Source: Patescibacteria group bacterium
Lineage (GTDB): Bacteria; Patescibacteriota; Minisyncoccia; Moranbacterales; DUUL01
Direction: 5' to 3'
DNA length: 64,000 nucleotides
Assembly: GCA_034660175.1 (NCBI GenBank)
Contig: JAYEIQ010000009.1
Location: forward strand, 9,726 to 73,725
In this document: in pieces, positions 55,789 to 64,000 of the stretch
Layout of the letters: each line of letters begins with the position of its first letter
Position numbering within the stretch: the stretch's first letter is position 1
Notes under the pieces: model-generated
Told to the model about the DNA's origin: nothing
Databases searched by the model: none
What the model saw: the letters and a program-made list of their open reading frames with translations, nothing else
Program-made: the position numbers and the translations under genes

Positions 55789-56244
55789 CTAATTATTTCC
55801 GTTTTCAAGAACAACACCGCGTTTTGATCTGGGTGTATATTTTTTCACAACTTTGATTCTTGCAAGTTGTTTTTCAATTTGAGAGACAACAGAAGCATAC
55901 TGAGTTTCATCAATATTTTTTTGTTTGTCTTGTTTCATTTTTTCAGCCATTTTTCTGGCTTTCTCAGCTCTTTCAAGACCGATTTCTTCAGCTCTTTCGG
56001 CGGTGTCTGCAAGAATTGTCAATTCATTTCCATGAAACTCAAGAAAGCCACCAGAAATAGCCATGGGTACAATCTTCTTTTCTTGCTGAGCTTCCACAAT
56101 TCCAGCTTTAATGTTGCTGATGATTGGCACATGATCGGGAAGGATGGTAATTTCTCCCATCTGTGTTGGAAGCGTAACCTGTCGAGCTTCTCCTTCAAAC
56201 ACGATTCGTTCTGGTGTTGTGATCTTGAGTTTAATCGTTTTCAT
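55789..56244 (-). CDS. atpC: ATP synthase epsilon subunit
   Basis: ITTPER, GEITILPDHVP, SGGFLE and ILADTAERAEEI; ATG 56244. Confidence 0.95.
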   Translation of the reverse strand: MKTIKLKITTPERIVFEGEARQVTLPTQMGEITILPDHVPIISNIKAGIVEAQQEKKIVPMAISGGFLEFHGNELTILADTAERAEEIGLERAEKARKMAEKMKQDKQKNIDETQYASVVSQIEKQLARIKVVKKYTPRSKRGVVLENGNN

Positions 56245-56312
56245 GTAATGTCGATTTACGAAATGTTTTATTTCAGAAAAAACCAACTTGGAAGGTGCGT
56301 TGGTTTGGAACA

Positions 56313-57707
<1,395 letters not shown>

Positions 57708-57733
57708 TTAAAAGAAAATTATTATTTATGTTA

Positions 57734-58699
57734 TCAGTCTTCCAATGCCACTCTTCCAGAAGTGATTTCTGCGATTTCGCTAGTGATTCCCATCTGGCGT
57801 AATTGATTATATGTGTATTGGAGTCTTTGCATCATCTCTGAAGCTGCATCGTTAGCGTTTCTCATTGCCAACATTCTTGCTGATTCCTTGGATGCATTTG
57901 ATTCCAAAATTGCATGATAGAGTTGCATTTCAACAAGTCGAGGAAGAATTTGTTTCACAACAAGACGCGGATCTGGTTCGATCTTATAGTCTATTTCCTT
58001 TTCAAACTCTTCGAGGTCTTCCTCCGTTTCACTGCTCATTTCTTCAATTTGTTTCTCTAAGTCGATTTTTGAAAGTGGTAAAAGTTGTCTCAGTTTTGGT
58101 TCTTGGATAAGGGTGTTTCTGAAATCAGTATAAGCAACAACAACCTTGTCATATTTTTTTTCCACGTAGTCATCAATTACAATTTGTGCGAGGGGCCTGA
58201 CCAAATCAAAGGTTGGTGCATAATCCAAGTTCTCGAATGTGGCAATCACATTGTGACCTCTCGAGTTGAGATAATCAAAACCCTTTCTCCCAACTGTAAC
58301 AAAGTCATACTCAAGATCTTCATCTGCAATGCTTGAATAAATTCTTCTCGATCCAACTCGATTGATTTTCATCAAAGTTGGATTTTCAATTTGTCTCATG
58401 ATCTTTCTCGTGACCTGAGAATTGAATGCACCACACAGTCCTCTATTTGAAGAAATTAAGACAATCAAGATTCGCTTTACTTCTCTGACTTCCAGCAGTC
58501 CATGTTTGTATTTCCTGAAAGCACGAGAAAGGTTTGTTAAAACTGTCCATGCACTGTGAGCATAAGAACGAATTTGAAGAACTCTATTGATCTCTTTCTT
58601 CATTTTTGTGGCAGCAACCATTTCCATCGCGCGGGTTATTTTCTGCGTGTTTCTAATCGACTTCATTCTTCTTTGAATTTCTTTTGTGCTTGATGACAT
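57734..58699 (-). CDS. atpG: ATP synthase gamma subunit
   Basis: ITRAMEMVA, SNRGLCGAFN and NQLRQ..ITSEIAEI. Confidence 0.97.
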   Translation of the reverse strand: MSSSTKEIQRRMKSIRNTQKITRAMEMVAATKMKKEINRVLQIRSYAHSAWTVLTNLSRAFRKYKHGLLEVREVKRILIVLISSNRGLCGAFNSQVTRKIMRQIENPTLMKINRVGSRRIYSSIADEDLEYDFVTVGRKGFDYLNSRGHNVIATFENLDYAPTFDLVRPLAQIVIDDYVEKKYDKVVVAYTDFRNTLIQEPKLRQLLPLSKIDLEKQIEEMSSETEEDLEEFEKEIDYKIEPDPRLVVKQILPRLVEMQLYHAILESNASKESARMLAMRNANDAASEMMQRLQYTYNQLRQMGITSEIAEITSGRVALED

Positions 58700-58713
58700 T
58701 TTTCTCGTTTATT

Positions 58714-60267
58714 TTAATTCTTCTTCTTTTCTTTTTTCTTTTCTTCTACTTCAACTGAAGCTGCATAATCTTCAACGTATTTTTTTATCTTTTTTTCAAG
58801 ATCTTTGTCAACTTCTTTTTTCTTCTCAATTTCCTCCAGAACATTTTTTGTGATACTATCAAAATATTTATGTAGACCTTCTTCCCATTGTTTAACATTA
58901 TCAACGTCAATTTCATCGATATACCCATTGGTGAGAGCCCACATGATTACAACTTGGTGTTGCATAGACATTGCTTTGTATTGATCTTGCTTGAGAACTT
59001 CAATTGTTCGATATCCTCGGTCAATTCTCTTTTTTGTTTTCTCATCCAGGTCTGATCCAAACTTTGTAAAAGCTTCTAATTCTCGGAATTGTGCGAGTTC
59101 AAGCTTCACCTTCCCTGCAACTTTTTTCATTGCCTTTGTTTGCGCTGAAGAACCAACACGTGACACGGAAAGTCCAACATTGATCGCTGGTCTAATTCCT
59201 TGATAGAACAAGTCAGCCTCAAGATATATTTGACCATCTGTAATGGAGATAACGTTTGTTGGGATATATGCTGAAATATCACCTGCTTGTGTTTCAATAA
59301 TTGGAAGTGCAGTCAGAGATCCGCCTCCCATTTTCTTGGAAAGTTTGGCGCTTCTTTCGAGAAGTCTGGAGTGCAAATAGAAAACATCTCCAGGATATGC
59401 TTCGCGTCCTGGTGGTCGTCTAAGTAATAAAGAAATTTGTCTATACGCCCAGGCGTGTTTTGACAAATCATCATAAACAACGAGGACATCCTTTCCTTGA
59501 TCCATAAAGTATTCTCCAATTGCGCAACCGGCATATGGTGCGATAAAAGAATAAGCTGCAGGATCAGATGATCCGGCCACAACAACAATTGTGTGGTCCA
59601 ATGCATCATTTTCTTTCAGTTTGGCAACTATTTGTGCAACTTTTGATTTTTTTTGTCCAATTGCAACATAGATACAAATCACATCTTCTCCTTTTTGATT
59701 GATGATTGTGTCAATTCCAATTGCAGTTTTTCCAACTTGTCTATCACCAATAATAAGCTCTCGTTGACCTCGACCAATAGGGATCATTGAATCGATAGCT
59801 TTTATTCCAGTTTGAAGAGGTTGTTTTACTGATTCTCGGGCAAGCACACCTGGTGCAATTTTTTCTATTGGATAGAATTTTTCACTTTGAATTTGTTGTC
59901 TTCCATCAATCTGTTGACCGATTGGGTTGATTACTCTTCCAATCATGGTGTTTGTAACTGGAACAGACAAAATTTTCCCAGTTGAAACAACAATTGTTCC
60001 CTCTTTGATTTTTTCAATATCACCAATAACTATTGCTCCAATTTGATCTTCCTCGAGATTTAAAATTACACCAAAGAGGTCTTCACTATCAGAATCTTTT
60101 TCAATCTCAAACTTGACCATTTCACTCATCATTACTTCATCAAGCCCGGAGATCTTTGCAACTCCGTCCCCAACCTTGATAACTGTACCAACTTTTTTGG
60201 TTTCTGGTGAAGTGTCAGCTTGAGAGATCTGTTTTTTTAGTTGTTGAATAATATAATCCTTGTCCAT
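58714..60267 (-). CDS. atpA: ATP synthase alpha subunit
   Basis: [17 protein letters not shown] and [23 protein letters not shown]. Confidence 0.98.
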   Translation of the reverse strand: MDKDYIIQQLKKQISQADTSPETKKVGTVIKVGDGVAKISGLDEVMMSEMVKFEIEKDSDSEDLFGVILNLEEDQIGAIVIGDIEKIKEGTIVVSTGKILSVPVTNTMIGRVINPIGQQIDGRQQIQSEKFYPIEKIAPGVLARESVKQPLQTGIKAIDSMIPIGRGQRELIIGDRQVGKTAIGIDTIINQKGEDVICIYVAIGQKKSKVAQIVAKLKENDALDHTIVVVAGSSDPAAYSFIAPYAGCAIGEYFMDQGKDVLVVYDDLSKHAWAYRQISLLLRRPPGREAYPGDVFYLHSRLLERSAKLSKKMGGGSLTALPIIETQAGDISAYIPTNVISITDGQIYLEADLFYQGIRPAINVGLSVSRVGSSAQTKAMKKVAGKVKLELAQFRELEAFTKFGSDLDEKTKKRIDRGYRTIEVLKQDQYKAMSMQHQVVIMWALTNGYIDEIDVDNVKQWEEGLHKYFDSITKNVLEEIEKKKEVDKDLEKKIKKYVEDYAASVEVEEKKKEKKKN

Positions 60268-60282
60268 ATTAGTTATGATAAA

Positions 60283-60690
60283 TTATGTTAATGATAATTG
60301 AAGACGACTTAGTTTTGATCTTATAGAACCGTCAATTTCCTCATTTCCAATTTTAACTCTAACCCCACCAATGAGATCTGAGTTCTTTTTTGCTACAAGC
60401 TTAATCTTTTCTTTCGCCATGTCTTTTTTTTGAGAAACAGCGATTTTAATTTTCTCTTTCATTTCTCTATTCAGTTCTTTTGTGCTTTCAACTTCAACAA
60501 GTTCCACGCCACTTTTAGCAAGAATCAATTTCTCAAACTCTTCTATTATCTTATCAACGCTTGAAATATTATTGTTTCGCTTTATGAGAACTACAAATTT
60601 TTTGATTGAATCATCGAGTTTTTCTTGGTTTTGAGCTTCAAAAGCAAGTTCGTTGAGTAGTTGAGCGTATTGTTTGGGAGAAACTTTCAT
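60283..60690 (-). CDS. atpH: ATP synthase delta subunit, short form
   Basis: QYAQLL and LIGGVRVKIG..IDGSI..KL; lies between atpF and atpA. Confidence 0.9.
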   Translation of the reverse strand: MKVSPKQYAQLLNELAFEAQNQEKLDDSIKKFVVLIKRNNNISSVDKIIEEFEKLILAKSGVELVEVESTKELNREMKEKIKIAVSQKKDMAKEKIKLVAKKNSDLIGGVRVKIGNEEIDGSIRSKLSRLQLSLT

Positions 60691-60699
60691 TCTTGGTGA

Positions 60700-61194
60700 T
60701 TACTTTATTTCTTTTACAATTTCATCAACCAGATCCTGGTCGTCTTGGTCGATCTTTTTCTTGACTATTTTTTCTGTTGCGAGAGTTACTAGACTCCCGA
60801 TCTCCCTTTTCACTTCTTGGAGCATTTTTTCTTTCTCTAATGAAATTTGAGATTTTGCTCGAACAACAACTTTTTCTGCTTCTTGTCTTGCCTCAGTCAC
60901 AATCATTTCCTTATTCTTCTCTGCCAGTAATTGAGCTTGCTGGATGATTTCTTGCGCTTCTTTTTTCGTCTCTAGTAGTCTTTCCTGTGTATCTTTTTCT
61001 GTGTTTTCCAGGTTTTGCTGTGCTTTTTTTGCATCATCAAGACCTTTCTGAATCACATCGCTTCGATCATTCATGTGTTTGAGCAGTGGTTTGTATGCAA
61101 ACTTGAACAGAACGAAAACAACAATTGCAAAATTGACTGCCTGAGCTATAAGTAGCTTGATGTCAATGTGAAATGTTCTTACTAATTCTTCCAT
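60700..61194 (-). CDS. atpF: ATP synthase subunit b
   Basis: LIAQAVNF...KFAYKPL...R followed by a coiled coil. Confidence 0.95.
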   Translation of the reverse strand: MEELVRTFHIDIKLLIAQAVNFAIVVFVLFKFAYKPLLKHMNDRSDVIQKGLDDAKKAQQNLENTEKDTQERLLETKKEAQEIIQQAQLLAEKNKEMIVTEARQEAEKVVVRAKSQISLEKEKMLQEVKREIGSLVTLATEKIVKKKIDQDDQDLVDEIVKEIK

Positions 61195-61234
61195 GATGGT
61201 TGGATTGTTATCTTTTTACTAATAGCCTTCTTAT

Positions 61235-61263
61235 TGTGATTTTGTGAATGTCACAAAACCACA
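61235..61263 (-). other. 13-bp stem-loop just downstream of atpE
   Basis: mRNA sense UGUGGUUUUGUGA-CAU-UCACAAAAUCACA with one G-U pair. Confidence 0.65.
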
Positions 61264-61271
61264 GAAAAACG

Positions 61272-61556
<285 letters not shown>

Positions 61557-61637
61557 TTATTTAACGTCGGTCTTGTCGTAATCACAATTTAAAACTTAAA
61601 TCAAATAGCGTACACGCTTTTCCGTTCAAGTTTCAAA

Positions 61638-62459
61638 TCAATGTTCATGTACAGTTGACATTGTGAAGAAAACTAAAATTAAAATTGAAAAAACAAGCGC
61701 CTGAATGAAACCAACGAGAACCTCCAAAAAAATAAACGGAATTGGCAACAAAAATGCAAAAAGTGCCATCATCGAAACTAAAAGCACTTCTCCTGCAAAA
61801 ATGTTTCCAAAAAGTCGAAAAGCCAGTGATGCAATTTTTGCAATCTCTCCCACAATTTCAATAAGACCCACGAAAGCCTTGATTGGATTTACCAAGATGA
61901 CGCTTTTGTCTTTTCCAAACTCTTTTGGGATGTCCAAGAGGGACTGGAGATTAATGAATCTGTTAATATGATTCCATGCTCCGATCATCATTATTCCCAA
62001 AACATGAGAAGCAATTACGGTGACAAGAGCTAGGGCTAGTGTGGTGTTTAGGTCAGCTGTTGCACCACGAAAAAGGGGCACGAAAATATTGTGCCCATCA
62101 TGATTTTCCACAAATCCGATAGTCCCAATTCCTGGAATGATACCAAGCCAATTATTAACCAAAATGAAAAGGAAAAGACCAAGAACAAGCGGGAGAAATT
62201 TTTCAGATTTTTTTCGATCTGCCGTGATTGAATCCGAAAATTTTAATGTTCCTTCAAGAATAATTTCAAAAAAATTCTGAATTCCTTTTGGTACTTTTTT
62301 GATCTTTTTTCCTGCGGCAACAAAAAACAGCACCAGAATAAGTACTGCCAACAAGCTATTGAGATATGAATTAGTGACAACAAAGTTGCCAATTTCTCCA
62401 ATTGGTTCGGCGAAAAGAGTTATCTCGTGTTGAATATGTTGATCTTCTTGATTGGTCAT
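61638..62459 (-). CDS. atpB: ATP synthase subunit a
   Basis: TADLNTT, SLAFRLFGNIFAGE and GFIQALVF. Confidence 0.97.
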   Translation of the reverse strand: MTNQEDQHIQHEITLFAEPIGEIGNFVVTNSYLNSLLAVLILVLFFVAAGKKIKKVPKGIQNFFEIILEGTLKFSDSITADRKKSEKFLPLVLGLFLFILVNNWLGIIPGIGTIGFVENHDGHNIFVPLFRGATADLNTTLALALVTVIASHVLGIMMIGAWNHINRFINLQSLLDIPKEFGKDKSVILVNPIKAFVGLIEIVGEIAKIASLAFRLFGNIFAGEVLLVSMMALFAFLLPIPFIFLEVLVGFIQALVFSILILVFFTMSTVHEH

Positions 62460-62571
62460 TAGTCAAGACAACAAATTAATCAAAATTACACCCAACATTA
62501 ACCCCATCCCTCTGAGAAATAAAGGGTTTAAACAAAAGACCCAAAAGTCCCATAGAAAATAATCCAAATAA

Positions 62572-62865
62572 CTAAAGAAACTTGCTCTTCTTATTTTTCG
62601 CCCTGATCTTTCTTCCTTGTTGCTCCATGCTTTTTATTGATTTCGTTGTCTCTTTCACGATTCCAATAGAAGAAATGATAAAAGCTGCCCCTACTGTTGT
62701 CAAGAATAACCATGGTTCGGAGTTATATTTTTCATCAAGCCATTTTCCCAAAAAAAGAGCGATGATTATTGGTCCACTAATCCATCCGCTGAGTCTTCCA
62801 AATAGAACCATGTTTGGTTGCCACCATATTGTTTCTTTGTCGTCATTATTCGAAGAACTCTGCAT
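62572..62865 (-). CDS. AtpZ/AtpI family protein
   Basis: GKWLDEKYNSEPW with two TMs; first gene of the atp operon. Confidence 0.85.
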   Translation of the reverse strand: MQSSSNNDDKETIWWQPNMVLFGRLSGWISGPIIIALFLGKWLDEKYNSEPWLFLTTVGAAFIISSIGIVKETTKSIKSMEQQGRKIRAKNKKSKFL

Positions 62866-62890
62866 AAATAAAGCACTTATACATTAAAAT

Positions 62891-62918
62891 AGTATACTCT
62901 AAAATTCTTAAATGTCAA
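62891..62918 (-). promoter_or_regulatory. Sigma70 promoter of the atp operon
   Basis: Minus strand TTGACA, 16 bp, TATACT. Confidence 0.7.
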
Positions 62919-62934
62919 CTTAATTTGACATTTT

Positions 62935-64000
62935 TTATTTCAAAAGCGAGATTATTTCTTTAGCAATTTGCTCAGTTGCGTCTGGATGATAAAACTTGGC
63001 AATTCCAGCTTCAACCTTTTCTCGAATTTTTGGATTTTCAATCAATTCATCAATTTTGTGCATCAGAATGTTTTTTTTGAAGTTGTCTTCCTCGAGAACG
63101 ATTGCTCCTCCTGCCTTTGAAACTTCAAAGGCATTAATTCTTTGGTGATCATTTGCACTTTCCTTTATTGGAACTAAAATACTGGCTTTTCTGTTTGCAG
63201 CTAATTCTGAAATTGCTGTTGATCCAGCTCTGGAAACAACAACATCAGCAAGCGCTAGCACATCTTTAAGCTCATCTTTTAAGAAAGCCATCGGAAAATA
63301 ATCACTGTGTTCAATTTTATAACCTTTTCTTTGAGCTTCTCTGACAGCATGATTGTAGTGAGATTTTCCAGTTTGATGTATAACTTGATATTTTTCCAGA
63401 AGTTCATCGAGATATTCCAAAACTCTATCGTTTATTATTTTTGCACCTTGTGAACCTCCAACAAAAAAAACTGTTGGTTTAAATTCTTTATGCAAGTTAA
63501 GAGTGTCTCGTCCTCTTTGACGATCTCCATTCACAACCTCCATTCTAACTGGGTTTCCAGTTGTGATTGTGCGAGGAGAAGGAAAATACATTCTCGCTCT
63601 TTCAAAGGTGATCGCAATTTTGTTTGAAATTGAGCCAAGAAACTTATTGGCGAGACCAGGAATTGCATCTGATTCATGAATCAGAACAGGAATTCCATAG
63701 AGTCTTGCCGCAGAAACAACAGGAACAGAAGCAAAACCTCCCTTGGCAAAAACTGCATCGGGCATATACCACAAAAGATGCCACAAAGCCTGGATGAAAC
63801 CTATTGGAATTTTCAAAAGATCTGTTATGTATTGGGCAGAGGCATAGCGACGCAATTTTCCACACTTGATGTTCTTTTGTGAAATTTGATTGGCATCCAT
63901 AACTTCTTTTTCAAGTTCGCCAACTGGGCCCACAAATAAAAAATCAATCTTTTCTTCCCCTCCGTGAATTTCCCTTATTTTTTTTGCAACTGTTGTGAGT
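62935..64000 (-). CDS. murG: Peptidoglycan GlcNAc transferase MurG, 5'-partial
   Basis: GKLRRY, KGGFAS.P, HESDAIPGLAN, TGNPVR, GGSQGA, SRAG and HQRINA; frame is open to the window end. Confidence 0.96.
   Translation of the reverse strand, partial: LTTVAKKIREIHGGEEKIDFLFVGPVGELEKEVMDANQISQKNIKCGKLRRYASAQYITDLLKIPIGFIQALWHLLWYMPDAVFAKGGFASVPVVSAARLYGIPVLIHESDAIPGLANKFLGSISNKIAITFERARMYFPSPRTITTGNPVRMEVVNGDRQRGRDTLNLHKEFKPTVFFVGGSQGAKIINDRVLEYLDELLEKYQVIHQTGKSHYNHAVREAQRKGYKIEHSDYFPMAFLKDELKDVLALADVVVSRAGSTAISELAANRKASILVPIKESANDHQRINAFEVSKAGGAIVLEEDNFKKNILMHKIDELIENPKIREKVEAGIAKFYHPDATEQIAKEIISLLK

Overview
AT-rich bacterial chromosomal segment in translation table 11 (TAA, TAG and TGA all end clear genes). 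The gene content suggests Patescibacteria (CPR), probably a Parcubacteria/Moranbacteria-like lineage; this is inference from archaeal-type pyrH, a DUF4012 protein, an Ada-like membrane protein, few Shine-Dalgarno motifs and a CCTGCCTGCCGGCAGGCAGG palindrome. From left to right: partial recJ, tRNA-Glu(CTC) preceded by tandem repeats carrying its own 5' end, isoprenoid synthases, trxA/trxB, malic enzyme, rplI, pyrG, rpmA, pyrH, a small accessory patch (AbrB/MazE-like gene, Fic-tail remnant, 42-aa peptide unit, split permease), a Cas4/AddB-like nuclease, a dif-like site and gltX. About 34 kb of surface-glycan genes follow (rfbABCD, GT2/GT4, nucleotide-sugar dehydrogenase, flippase, five GT-C-like membrane proteins), then a complete F1Fo ATP synthase operon and partial murG. 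The best candidate for an undescribed system is a divergent RtcB-family protein, tightly coupled to a half-MFS, a dTMP-kinase-like protein, a flippase and a GT-C inside the glycan cluster. No CRISPR array, rRNA or transposase was seen. All calls come from reading motifs by eye; no database searches were run.
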